From positions 64,001 through 128,000 of IMG/VR virus record IMGVR_UViG_3300012953_000001: DNA of 64,000 nucleotides. The stretch is one strand, 5' to 3'. The notes below the pieces were generated by a model. That model did not search any database. It was not told the origin of the DNA and worked only from the letters and a program-made list of their open reading frames with translations. How positions within the stretch are numbered: the stretch's first letter is position 1; the number at the start of each line of letters is the position of its first letter. Below, piece by piece: positions 6,681 to 17,049 of this stretch. The position numbers were made by a program, and so were the translations under genes. The stretch is from a virus.

Positions 6681-9600
6681 CTACCAAATTGTCTTAAGCT
6701 TAGACTGTTTCGCATCCTCTGGATAGAACCACTTCGTCGTAGAGCCCCACTTCTGGAAGGCATTGTCTCCTGCGCCGCCGTAACCACTCTGTGTTTGTGG
6801 ATCAAGCTGCGGCCAATCGGTACCGTGATCGAGGAGGGTGGCAGTTTCAGCATCAACCCAGTCGTTATGTGCACCTTGATTGGGATGACCAGTGTTCGAC
6901 TGTCTGTGGATAACGTGCGTGAGACCAACGGTTGGTGTCATAGCGAGGTGGTCCGAGTAGTCGGACCAATTTGGGGCAGCGATCCCTGGCTTGTTACTCC
7001 AGTAGGACCCCATCCACAGGTTCACGTTATGGTGCTGGATGTTACCGATATCGACCATTGAGCCGTGACTCTGCCAAGTCTTATTACCGTTAATTGTACC
7101 ATACAGGTATTGTCCGGATTCAGGGTCCCACCCAGATATGGTCACTCCACGAGCGTCGATATTGGTGGCGGTAGAATCCCATCCTGGCCTATAACCAGCA
7201 GCCCAGTCTGTAAGGTTATTACCAACACTAGCGACAGAACCACCTGTTACCTTAAGTATGGTGCGCCCGCCACCCTTGTTTCCTACCAAGACGGCATACG
7301 CGCCGTCAGTCTGCCCTGGCGTTGTGCCTGACTGAGCGTTAGGATCCCAAGGTATTGTCACCGGGACTCCCACATAGATCCCAGCGTTCACCTTGTTGCT
7401 ATTGAAGATCATGCCCTTGTTGTAGACATCAAAACAATGCTGGTAAATCCGAGTCTCCGCACTATTACCTGCGTAATCACCCTGCATCCAATCATTGGCG
7501 TGGAAAATGTTACCGGTAATGACCATGTTCGAGTTGGTGCTCATCTCGTCAGTGTGCACCCGCATGAACCAGTTGTTCTGGATACGTGCCCTATGCATTC
7601 TGAAGTCGGAGCTATTCGGAACAAAGCATTCGCCATTGGAGTACCCTCCGTCACCCAAATCAGTATGTGCATAAAAGTCCGTGCCCTCGACTGTACCAGC
7701 TATGTTACTCCACACGCCATTTACCGATGGGAGAGTGGTTGATGGTATTCCGCCCAATCCCCAGTAACCGATAAACCACCCCCAGGCGTCATTGACCATG
7801 AAGGGGTCATCGTCGAGGTCTACGACCTGTTGCTGGCTGACCAAGTCATTATTTGAGAGTTGTAATCCGTCATGGTTACCTCTTAGCTGGATACAGCCGC
7901 CCATCCCGAACGAGATCCCAAGCCGACCATTCCAACAATCGGCTAGCCACGAGTCACCATAACCAGACAGGTCAGTCTCATCCCAAGTCTCTGCTCCGGT
8001 ATGGGTCGCCATACCGTGCATTTTATTATCGCTGACGGTCAACGAATTTGAACGTACCGAATGGAGGAGCTTAACCCCAACGTTGCCCGAAACTACAGAG
8101 CCCTCTCCTTGACCAATCGTGATGAATGGGCCCCAGAGCCCCCAGTTAAACCCAGCACCAAAGAAATTCTCCTCATCGGTCATCAATGCGAGATGATGCT
8201 CATTTTTACCTAAGAACACGTTGTCCTTAATTATCGAAGAAGCTCCGCCTCGTCTGGAGTGCGGCGCAAACATCGCAAGGCTTGGTAGATAGTTGCAGTT
8301 ATGCATAATAGCGCCAACACCAGTATTTCTAGAGATAATGGTGCCCTTGCCTGCGGTGGTAATATGTCCACCAGTAAGCATATTGTCGCAGATTTCATTT
8401 GAACGTGCTTGACTCTGACGCGGTGTGTTTGCACCAACAATGTACTCGTCATGGACTCCGCCCATCGCAAATTTGTCCGGTGCATCGTCCCAAGTCCCTA
8501 CAGCGATAGCACCCGTGATGTATGCGGAGGTGTATCCCACTATATTGCTGGTGACCTTGCAGTTTCTTGGGTAACAACCAAGCTGGATGTACCCGCCAAG
8601 GTCAGACCCACCTAGTCCGTTCCAGCCTCCGCTAATGTTGCCGCTTGTCGAAGGCCCATCTAACGGCTTCTGGATAAGTGCAGGGACGTACCCGAGTTCC
8701 CAGGTGGCCGGGTCTTGGTTTCTATTTATACCAAATCGGGAATACAATGTGTTGTTGCCGCTAACGACAACTCCCGCGTAGCTAGGGTATCTTAGCTGGC
8801 CCAACGTCTGTATCTCGTTATCCGCGAATTCCATAACCGAGATGTTGCCACCACCAGTGTGGTTATTCACGATCCTGCTACCATCGACCTGGGCGTAAGG
8901 GGCAGTCATAAAGATACTACCACCTAAGTGGTCGAGTTTATCCCGATCTGCAACTGGGTACATAGACATGTCTGGGTCTGGGTGGAACGACATATCGTTC
9001 TCCGAGAAAACCGTGTTCATGGTTCGCCCAAACGTTTCCGTGAGATTTACAGAGCAACCATTAAACCGATTGCCCGCAATATAGTTATGCTCTGCGGCCA
9101 TAACGGCAGGAGACGCCTCGCCCCCTGGCACACCCCCAAACCTAATTGCATTCCTCTGGTTAGCGTAAACATTGTTGTTCACGAACCGAATATTGAAGCA
9201 ACGAGTGCTGGGCGTGCCAGACATCTCCGCTTCGTACGTCACATAGCTACCAAACTGGTTATTTGAAAAGTCCACATTTCTGATGGTCTCAGCCTGAACA
9301 GAAGCAAACCTACCAGCGTACTCGTCCCCGGTAAGGCTAGACATACCCTGAACCTGATAAGGCCAGTTGTAAGACTGTTCCAGGTTGCCGCTTACCTGCG
9401 CACCATCCACCCAGTAAAGGTCGATAAACGTGTGCCCGAGCGTGGACTTATTCACATTATCCTTAATCTGGACGTTGCTCGCCATAAACTCATCGAGTGC
9501 CCCATCTCCCATGTTGGGGCCCCAGATGTTGTTGTACCCCCCGCTGACCACAATTAGTGGGTGGTATGTGGCAGTAGAAAAGGTAGGCTCATCCTGAGGC

Positions 9601-12600
9601 GCACCGGGCGCTAAGACAGGCCAAGTGTTCTCGCCGCCGACCCGCTCAATAACATTACCAGAAATAGTAATGTCCATCCCTTGATGACGAATAGCGGCAC
9701 AAGATACGTTTTGTGCCCAAGTACCCAGACTCAACTCAATCGTTCCTTCGTTGTAGACGTGCAGCGGAAGGCTGTTATGGTCAATGATAGTGTTGTTGAG
9801 GACCTTGGTCATGCCTCGGGCACCAGGACTGACGGAGGTTCCCGCCCCAAACTTGGACGTTCCGGTGCTGATACTCTCCCAACCGGTTCGAATTAAAGTG
9901 TTGCCCTCAATGCAGCCCCAACTCTCTTGGAGTAGATCAGTATTTGGGTCGCCACTACCATCCAACCCAGCCCACTGAAGCGGTTGTGGTACGAAGACTC
10001 CTCTGCCGATAAAGCCTTCGATATGGTTATTTCGGACCACATAATCAGGGCAAGCGCAAAGAATAACACCGTGGGGATTATACACCTCAAACCCATACCC
10101 ATTTGGTTGTACCTCTGAGCAGGTTGCGTGATTATCCTCAATAAGAACACCTGAGTGATATGTCGGTAACGTACTGCCGGGGCTTAAGGCATCGAACTGG
10201 TACTGTGGGACGATTGTTACAAAGGTCGTGGTAGTTTTAGAGACGCAGTTTCGGATGGTTAACCTATCCATGGCAATGTAGTCCATGTGATGGAAAAACC
10301 CTGTGCCTCCGAGTAAGTGGACATTATCAATGGTCACATCTCGGGACCCATAAGCCCCAGGAATTTCCTGATAGTCGTTGAGGATAACCTCCATCGCGTC
10401 ATTCCCGTGGACGGGATCAAGCGACGATGCTCTGCTATTAGTGGTGTATACCGGATACGCCCTACCTGAATTACCCGTTGCCCAAGGACTGGGGTCTTCT
10501 GTTCGGTTGATGAATAGGTTGATCCCGGACTGGAAATTATGATTCGAATTCCATGTTGGGATGCTAGGACCGCCCCACCAGTAGGTATCCGTGTTCACGG
10601 CAGAGGTTTCCTGCCATGCATGATTACCCCATGTAAAAGACAAGTCCTTAAACACAAGGCCGCTCTTGGCGTTAATATCAATAAGATTTTGTTCAACACC
10701 CGTATCGGACCAAGATGGGTCTGGCTCGTAACCCCAGTGAATCATAGGCATGCCAGCAGCGGTTTCCCCACTATGTTGAACCGGCTTCGCAGGCTTAACC
10801 GTTGGGTGTCCGATAACTGTAAGTCCGTCAGCGGGAACCTTGAGCGGGTAGGATTCGCCTCGCTGTGGGTACAGCCCCTCGTATGTCCACCCGACTACCT
10901 CAATAGTCCATTTACGCGTACCGGCTCCGTCACTGCTTGGAGCGGGAAGGCTAGTCTCTTCCTGGAGCATTTCCCAAATCTCAATGGCCTTAAACGCTGC
11001 GCCAAGAGTTTTAAAGTGGGTCTGGTCCGAAGGGTATGACCCTGAAATGGACCAAGCGTCCGCCATAGGATTAACAAACGCAGTCGCAGTGCTGCCCGTA
11101 TTGCCTACGTAGAGAGTGTTCTTCTGGTCCTCTCTAGAGACTCGTTGTCTCGCGTCATAAACTGCCTGAACACCAGTCGTCGAATCATAGTCAACAAGAC
11201 ATACAAGAAACCCATTAGGCTCATCGTACATTGTCATGCCAAAACTCGCGAAAGCAGTCCCTACCGGAATAATTAGATAGGACCCCTTCATGTTCCCTAT
11301 ACTGGGTTGAGTGTTCATGTCGGTGTCAAAGAAGAATCGCACATAGTAAGAGCCAGTAACCCAACCGTCGAAACACAATCGCGTCTCTGGGTGGAAGACT
11401 TTTGCCCCACCTTTAAGGTACCAGCATTCGCTAAAATCAACCGAGTGCGCGGCATTTCCCTGGGTATAGTCTACGGCGTTACCGAAGTCATCCTCAGAGT
11501 AGGCTTGGAAATGTTGGTTAGCTCCCTTGATAAGACCGTTGGAATATACACCAAAGTTATTTTTTAGGTCCGAGTTGCCAACATATTTCCCCTTCGGGAC
11601 ATACATCCCAGGCAGGGCTGCTTCAATGCCTTCTGTGATAGAAGGTTGGTTGCCCGGAGTTCCGGTATTGATTCGGTGAGGCATCGCCTCGCCGCTCCAA
11701 GTGTGCGGCTCATACGCGGTCGTCACGCCATAGTAGTTCTCATTTACGCCAAGATTGGCACTAGCGGTTTTTGTATTGAGCGTGTGTGCTCGATGGGTGT
11801 CTGGAGAGGTAAGGGGGAGTTTCCACCCCTCATCAGAAAGGGTCCAACCACCATTCTGGATATGACTAAACTCTGATAGGTAGTCCGCCCCGCGAGTGTC
11901 TTGAAAAATTAATGTCCGCACTTGGTTCGGAGCTATTGCGTTGTCCTTGCCTGCGTACATCAAGTACGCGTGCGTGTACTCCATCACTTGCCAACCAATA
12001 GCCCCATGCCAAGGACCGGCACCGGGAGCGAACGCGCCTGAACGCGGACGCATCTCTACAAGGTTCAGGTCATGCGACTCTGGGAGATTTGTGTAGGTGC
12101 GGAAAACCGTTTGGTTGGAAAACTCCTGCGGGAAGATGATGGAGATCGGTCGGGAGTTGGCGGCGTAGGCAATCTTATGCCCTGCGCCCTGCTGCCCTCG
12201 TAACTCTTCGTTTGAAGAGAAGTCCGCATGGTAGGCAGCATTAAGCCCAAAGGTAGTATTGGCGTACTCCCCTGGAGTGTGCTTGTTCTCTACGATGGGA
12301 GCACCGTATAGCTTACTAACTACGAAGTTTTCAAAGCCGCCAAAAGATATGCCATAGATCTGAGTGGGGCTTCCTCCACCCATATCTTGGGATTCCACAA
12401 GCAGGTTGCCACTAGAGGTGTATGTTGCAGACCCTGTCCCATAGTACGGTGCAAGACCGCCCGTCCAGTTGGCTGGGTGGTCATCTGGCATGAGAGCGCG
12501 ACCGACTAGCCCCCTACAAACAAGCATGTTGTCCGATGCTCGAACAAGTGTCGCTGCTGCATGGGCTGGGTGCGCCTGATTCTGGGCGAATGTATGGAGT

Positions 12601-14420
12601 GGGATCCGGTCCCCAGGATGAATCCCTTGTGCGGTTAAGAAGTCCTCTATTGTAGTATTTGGCCCAGGCCCAGTGTGCTCAGTCTGAATGTACAGAAGGT
12701 CATTGCCTAGAGTTTGTTGGGTAGGATTGAACGGACCATTCAGCATGTAGTCCCTAGCCCCTTGTGGGCCAGGAACGGGTAGGTAGCCGCCACTCAAATG
12801 TGAGAGGTGGTCTCTTAGAAGACGGATATCTCCGTAAGTCCAATTCAGTTTTGATGCAGGAGCCTCGTAAGATCCCCGAGTAGCGGAAGCTCCCTGAGAA
12901 CGTAACTGCTCGCCTACCGTAGTCAGCGTATTACAGTATAGGTAATAGTCCTGCTGAATCGTGTGTCGGTCTGCTCCAGGCCCCTCAAAAATCAGTACGG
13001 GGTTGAGTAGGAACCCTAAGGGCGTACAAGGAACAATATGTCCTGGGTTCGAATCCAAAACAAAGCTTACAGGTGCACTAGGCGCTACAACATCAGTGAC
13101 CTCTTCGCTCTCCCAAGCACCTGCGGCTGAGTCGTATCGGAACAACATTGTACCCGACGAGGTAGGGGTCTTTTTGGGCATAGTCCAGTTAGACTGCGCC
13201 CCCTCTTCCATGTCTGGTAAACCAACATCTCCGTAGGCTCTTCGGCCATTCTTCTGGAACCCACTCTGGGCTACCTTATTCGCAGTCCCACCGATACCGG
13301 TATTGAAGTCTTCCCCTGCGCCTAAAGGTGCAAGATACAAGTCTCCCTGCACATCCCCAACATCAGCCACCTCAGGAAGGTCGGGTCGGGGGATCCGGTA
13401 CACAACGTGCGCGTATAGGGTTCTTTCTTCTGGGAGAGACGCCGCATTAGCATGATCTGGATAAGCCTTCCAAGAAACAAGGTCCCCATCACTGAATGTT
13501 GTGTAGTCACCTACTGTGACTTTGGCCAAGTTCCCTCGGGTCAGTACCGCCTTATCACCAGTTCCCCCAGCACCGAGAGCCTCGCTCTGCTGGACCGCTG
13601 TGATTTGGTAGAGGCCATTATTGCTGTTACCCGTTGCACTAGGGTCTCCGTCATTTTGAACTTCGACGTAACACCCTGGTCGGAGACTCAAGTTATGAAA
13701 GCCTAAACCCGTGGACCTGATGGTTAGTCCGTCTGACTCCCATCTATGAATATCAATAGTAATAGCTGTCCCGTTGTAAGGACTGATCTCCGCGTTAATC
13801 GGGGTAATGGGCGGGATTGTGAGCGGTAAAGCGTGCTCGTCATCTCCTTGGTATTCTGTCGGCTGGAAGTACTCCGGTACTCCGAGCTTAGCAGAAACGT
13901 TGACTGGAGAGAGCGAGTGCTTTAGCGACGTGTTTCCACGCGACTGCCATAAGGTTTTTCCCTCTTCACTACCGAAGAGACGAATAAAGTTTTCAAGCTC
14001 TCGCTGATGGAGGCCGCAGTAAACCCATACGGGAGGTACTGTATTCGGGTTCGCTGAACCAGCAAGATCAATAGCATCTTGATAGGTCTGAACACCGTTT
14101 GGGTTTAAGGCACTGTTCTGCCCGAGAGGCCAGAACCCAGCACTCGAACCACCCAGGTCTGTAGAGTCCCTGACAGGAGAAAGAACCTCTTCCCTCATTG
14201 CAGGGGCATCGAGAGTCCCTTTTACGCTGTCGATATTAGCGGATAAAGCAGAGAAAGCGCGGTTGAACGCTGAGCTAGTCGCATCCTCTCCATAAGCCAT
14301 GAACTTAGTCGCAGGTGCATGCGGCTTAAACGGCGTAGTGGTATTCGCAGGAGACGTATCGGCCAGGGTCTCGCTAGCAGGCGTAGTGCCCGCCAGTTTT
14401 CCGAAATACTTATAAGACAT
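6681..14420 (-). CDS. Giant tail fibre/tailspike with a long right-handed beta-helix (pectin-lyase-like) region
   Basis: 2579 aa. FKTLGAAFKAI entry helix, then many hhxNN/hhxGN coils (TIRNCVS, VVRNNHIEG, IEGNTLI, ISGNVIE, FSNNQF, VSGNNT, IKDNVF, IQNNWF). Last gene of the tail block. Confidence 0.8.
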   Translation of the reverse strand: MSYKYFGKLAGTTPASETLADTSPANTTTPFKPHAPATKFMAYGEDATSSAFNRAFSALSANIDSVKGTLDAPAMREEVLSPVRDSTDLGGSSAGFWPLGQNSALNPNGVQTYQDAIDLAGSANPNTVPPVWVYCGLHQRELENFIRLFGSEEGKTLWQSRGNTSLKHSLSPVNVSAKLGVPEYFQPTEYQGDDEHALPLTIPPITPINAEISPYNGTAITIDIHRWESDGLTIRSTGLGFHNLSLRPGCYVEVQNDGDPSATGNSNNGLYQITAVQQSEALGAGGTGDKAVLTRGNLAKVTVGDYTTFSDGDLVSWKAYPDHANAASLPEERTLYAHVVYRIPRPDLPEVADVGDVQGDLYLAPLGAGEDFNTGIGGTANKVAQSGFQKNGRRAYGDVGLPDMEEGAQSNWTMPKKTPTSSGTMLFRYDSAAGAWESEEVTDVVAPSAPVSFVLDSNPGHIVPCTPLGFLLNPVLIFEGPGADRHTIQQDYYLYCNTLTTVGEQLRSQGASATRGSYEAPASKLNWTYGDIRLLRDHLSHLSGGYLPVPGPQGARDYMLNGPFNPTQQTLGNDLLYIQTEHTGPGPNTTIEDFLTAQGIHPGDRIPLHTFAQNQAHPAHAAATLVRASDNMLVCRGLVGRALMPDDHPANWTGGLAPYYGTGSATYTSSGNLLVESQDMGGGSPTQIYGISFGGFENFVVSKLYGAPIVENKHTPGEYANTTFGLNAAYHADFSSNEELRGQQGAGHKIAYAANSRPISIIFPQEFSNQTVFRTYTNLPESHDLNLVEMRPRSGAFAPGAGPWHGAIGWQVMEYTHAYLMYAGKDNAIAPNQVRTLIFQDTRGADYLSEFSHIQNGGWTLSDEGWKLPLTSPDTHRAHTLNTKTASANLGVNENYYGVTTAYEPHTWSGEAMPHRINTGTPGNQPSITEGIEAALPGMYVPKGKYVGNSDLKNNFGVYSNGLIKGANQHFQAYSEDDFGNAVDYTQGNAAHSVDFSECWYLKGGAKVFHPETRLCFDGWVTGSYYVRFFFDTDMNTQPSIGNMKGSYLIIPVGTAFASFGMTMYDEPNGFLVCLVDYDSTTGVQAVYDARQRVSREDQKNTLYVGNTGSTATAFVNPMADAWSISGSYPSDQTHFKTLGAAFKAIEIWEMLQEETSLPAPSSDGAGTRKWTIEVVGWTYEGLYPQRGESYPLKVPADGLTVIGHPTVKPAKPVQHSGETAAGMPMIHWGYEPDPSWSDTGVEQNLIDINAKSGLVFKDLSFTWGNHAWQETSAVNTDTYWWGGPSIPTWNSNHNFQSGINLFINRTEDPSPWATGNSGRAYPVYTTNSRASSLDPVHGNDAMEVILNDYQEIPGAYGSRDVTIDNVHLLGGTGFFHHMDYIAMDRLTIRNCVSKTTTTFVTIVPQYQFDALSPGSTLPTYHSGVLIEDNHATCSEVQPNGYGFEVYNPHGVILCACPDYVVRNNHIEGFIGRGVFVPQPLQWAGLDGSGDPNTDLLQESWGCIEGNTLIRTGWESISTGTSKFGAGTSVSPGARGMTKVLNNTIIDHNSLPLHVYNEGTIELSLGTWAQNVSCAAIRHQGMDITISGNVIERVGGENTWPVLAPGAPQDEPTFSTATYHPLIVVSGGYNNIWGPNMGDGALDEFMASNVQIKDNVNKSTLGHTFIDLYWVDGAQVSGNLEQSYNWPYQVQGMSSLTGDEYAGRFASVQAETIRNVDFSNNQFGSYVTYEAEMSGTPSTRCFNIRFVNNNVYANQRNAIRFGGVPGGEASPAVMAAEHNYIAGNRFNGCSVNLTETFGRTMNTVFSENDMSFHPDPDMSMYPVADRDKLDHLGGSIFMTAPYAQVDGSRIVNNHTGGGNISVMEFADNEIQTLGQLRYPSYAGVVVSGNNTLYSRFGINRNQDPATWELGYVPALIQKPLDGPSTSGNISGGWNGLGGSDLGGYIQLGCYPRNCKVTSNIVGYTSAYITGAIAVGTWDDAPDKFAMGGVHDEYIVGANTPRQSQARSNEICDNMLTGGHITTAGKGTIISRNTGVGAIMHNCNYLPSLAMFAPHSRRGGASSIIKDNVFLGKNEHHLALMTDEENFFGAGFNWGLWGPFITIGQGEGSVVSGNVGVKLLHSVRSNSLTVSDNKMHGMATHTGAETWDETDLSGYGDSWLADCWNGRLGISFGMGGCIQLRGNHDGLQLSNNDLVSQQQVVDLDDDPFMVNDAWGWFIGYWGLGGIPSTTLPSVNGVWSNIAGTVEGTDFYAHTDLGDGGYSNGECFVPNSSDFRMHRARIQNNWFMRVHTDEMSTNSNMVITGNIFHANDWMQGDYAGNSAETRIYQHCFDVYNKGMIFNSNKVNAGIYVGVPVTIPWDPNAQSGTTPGQTDGAYAVLVGNKGGGRTILKVTGGSVASVGNNLTDWAAGYRPGWDSTATNIDARGVTISGWDPESGQYLYGTINGNKTWQSHGSMVDIGNIQHHNVNLWMGSYWSNKPGIAAPNWSDYSDHLAMTPTVGLTHVIHRQSNTGHPNQGAHNDWVDAETATLLDHGTDWPQLDPQTQSGYGGAGDNAFQKWGSTTKWFYPEDAKQSKLKTIW

Positions 14421-14432
14421 TGAATAACCTCC

Positions 14433-15089
14433 CTAGAATCTCAATTCCCACTCAACGCGCAAAACAACATTCGGTGTTACTGCAATTGGGTCAAAAATAT
14501 TATACGCCACCAAGTAATTTGGCTGCGAGGGGTCCGCTTCCCCAGGTATTGCGGGAACTGCTTCATGGGTAAATGTTGCATTAGCATCTGATAAATACAA
14601 ACCAGCTTCAGAAATTGGAACAGAGGTTCCAACATCAACATTTGATACCCGAGTAATGTTACCCGCAAACGATAGCTCTGTCTCTGCAATATCAACAATA
14701 AACCTAGTCCTGAAGTCTCCCGGGAAGTAGGTACTATTGTTTGACTGATTATCGACCTGCTTTAGGTACAGACGCTGTGAGCCTAAAAGCTGGATAGGTA
14801 CCGGATCTTGTAAGGAGGTAACCGTCACTAACTCGGTCTGTCCTGTAGCAAAAAGGGTATTGGTCTGTAGCGCACCGCCACAACCAAATCCCATGTACCC
14901 AATCTTTGATGTAACGTGCGGGCTTGGTGGATCTGTAGAGTAATCATCAGAGCCAACCAGCATCGCCAACCAAGCCCTTCCGGTATTGGTGACAACATTG
15001 TGGCTTAAGCGGCGGTCAACCAACTTACCATCCTTATAAACTCCAATGGCAACATTGATCGTCGGGTCTAGTTTATCTGTTAAAAGCAT
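14433..15089 (-). CDS. Tail-collar/fibre-attachment type baseplate protein
   Basis: HNVVTNTGRAWLA...IGYMGFG...PISEAGLY...LVAYNIF...VLRVEWELRF pattern of this small myovirus family. Confidence 0.7.
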   Translation of the reverse strand: MLLTDKLDPTINVAIGVYKDGKLVDRRLSHNVVTNTGRAWLAMLVGSDDYSTDPPSPHVTSKIGYMGFGCGGALQTNTLFATGQTELVTVTSLQDPVPIQLLGSQRLYLKQVDNQSNNSTYFPGDFRTRFIVDIAETELSFAGNITRVSNVDVGTSVPISEAGLYLSDANATFTHEAVPAIPGEADPSQPNYLVAYNIFDPIAVTPNVVLRVEWELRF

Positions 15090-15098
15090 TGTTAACTC

Positions 15099-17039
15099 CT
15101 ACCCGCCGTCTTCTTCGGTTTCACTAGCGAGGGCTTCATTTTGTGTATCATAGATTGCGGCCAATTCAGGGTAATTGTTCCTAGCTTCTTCCTCGCTGGC
15201 AACCTCAATCCCCTGAGCAGCTAATACAGCCAGCAGGGTTGGGTAAGTATTACTAACCGAAACAGTGTTTACTGTCGCCCCGTAATACTCCGGAGTTGTC
15301 CCGCTAGAAGGCGTATAGCTGTACCCTTGCCCCCCAGAGATCGAGCCGGTCGATTCGCCAGGGTTGTAGCCTGAGTTGGTGTAGGTCTGGTACGGGTCAC
15401 CCCAGTAGACTGCAAACCCCTTATGGGTATTCGACCCATCAGCATTAAAATACACTACTAGTGTCTCTACGTTTTGTGAGGGGTCCCAATCGTTGGGGTA
15501 ATCAGGAAACCTTAAGAATACAGGCGGGTTCGTATACCAGTCATTGCTCCAGAAATTGGGCATTGGGTTTCCATTCTCCAACCACACCTCATTGTCACTT
15601 TCGTGTCCACTGAACGTCCAATTGTTGACCTCTTCCCCGTCCCTCATCAGGACCAAAGAAATAGTGTCTACAGAAGTTTCGGTACTGTAATACACGGCCA
15701 CGTGGTTTGACTGCCCATCGGCGTAGAACGCAGGGGTAAACCCTCCGTCTGGAGCAATGCTTGTTTGACGCATCTCATCGTTTCCGTAATTACCACTCTC
15801 CCCGCCAGTGTCATATAAGACGCCTGCTGGGGCGTAAATAGTGTCACCCTGTCCTATAATAAATGCTGTGGTCGGGTAATCACACGAACCGTCGTCTATT
15901 GTGGCGTTAGGATCGTGATTAATTGCTGCTGGATCTGTGCAGCCGTAGAACTCCCCTCCACCTGATGGGTTTGATGGGTCGTAGGTGCCTGCGACTTTCA
16001 AAAGAAGTCTAATGGGTTCCGCGTCCGTCTCTGTGTACCCGTCATCTTGTCCGAGGGGGTCTGTCGAAAATGTATATGGTGGTGGGCTGCTCGGGTTATG
16101 TCCCGAGGAATCCGTGAACACCATCTGTGTGCTTTTTAATTGCGTAGGGGAGGTGTACCCAAGGTGCGCAGTATTATTGTTAATCCAGCCACCATAGTCA
16201 CCCTCGAAATCCTTTTTGAAGTGTCGCCAAGAGTTTTGGTAACCCTCGCCAGAATACCCAGTACAAATACCTAACCAATACCACCCCGGACCAAGGACTA
16301 AGGGAGTAGAGTAGTTGTGCACGACCGCGCCAAGATCACTAACAAATACCCCACCATCAGTCCAAGAGTTGGGGACATACATATCTGGTCCCGAAACCCC
16401 CGAGGTGCCAAGGTTGGTGTACACCGCCATAGAGATATACCCCTGAGACAGTAGTTGGGTGCACTCGGTGGCTATCGCGGAAAAGGCTGTGACGTAATCA
16501 ACACGAAAAGGAACTGCGTACCAAGTATTTTCGCGCAACGTGTACAGAGAGTTTGCGTCAGTGCAAGGGCCCAAACCATCCCCATTGTCGTACCACTTAC
16601 CCGGGTTCATGTGCAGACGGGTTCCTGCTGAGGTGGAACTCGGGGCATCCATGCCTTCCATCCACCCAAACCACATCACTAAAGGAATAGTGCTGACCCA
16701 TCTGCCCGTTTCGCTATCCGATAAGTCATCTGGTTTTACGTAATAAAGGGCAATCCAGGGAGGAGGTGTATCCCCCATATCCGTGTCTAGCCAGCCCAAT
16801 GAGTTTGGATCCCAAGAGTACATTCCCCAGGTCTTGGCTGGGAAAGGCATAATACCGCCAGAAGCAGCATCCCAATCGAAATTCCGGATGCACGCAATTT
16901 GCCCCTGAGAAAGGTTAGTTCGGTGCTGACTGGAGTCATCGGCGCTACCACCTTTTAAAGCGTCGATAGCCTTAAGCTCGTCTAAATTCTCGACGACTAA
17001 CTGGCCTACAGTAAGTGTATTTGCTTGTTTATGCGACAC
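15099..17039 (-). CDS. Virion adhesin-like protein with a GCTD repeat and a CUB domain
   Basis: Likely GTG start at 17039 (GGGAG upstream, in frame with the 17099 ORF). YGCTDPAAINHDPNATIDDGSCDY, then GVLYDTGGESGNYGNDE...STETSVD...VYFNADGSNTHKGF. Confidence 0.7.
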   Translation of the reverse strand: MSHKQANTLTVGQLVVENLDELKAIDALKGGSADDSSQHRTNLSQGQIACIRNFDWDAASGGIMPFPAKTWGMYSWDPNSLGWLDTDMGDTPPPWIALYYVKPDDLSDSETGRWVSTIPLVMWFGWMEGMDAPSSTSAGTRLHMNPGKWYDNGDGLGPCTDANSLYTLRENTWYAVPFRVDYVTAFSAIATECTQLLSQGYISMAVYTNLGTSGVSGPDMYVPNSWTDGGVFVSDLGAVVHNYSTPLVLGPGWYWLGICTGYSGEGYQNSWRHFKKDFEGDYGGWINNNTAHLGYTSPTQLKSTQMVFTDSSGHNPSSPPPYTFSTDPLGQDDGYTETDAEPIRLLLKVAGTYDPSNPSGGGEFYGCTDPAAINHDPNATIDDGSCDYPTTAFIIGQGDTIYAPAGVLYDTGGESGNYGNDEMRQTSIAPDGGFTPAFYADGQSNHVAVYYSTETSVDTISLVLMRDGEEVNNWTFSGHESDNEVWLENGNPMPNFWSNDWYTNPPVFLRFPDYPNDWDPSQNVETLVVYFNADGSNTHKGFAVYWGDPYQTYTNSGYNPGESTGSISGGQGYSYTPSSGTTPEYYGATVNTVSVSNTYPTLLAVLAAQGIEVASEEEARNNYPELAAIYDTQNEALASETEEDGG

Positions 17040-17049
17040 AGCGAACTCC

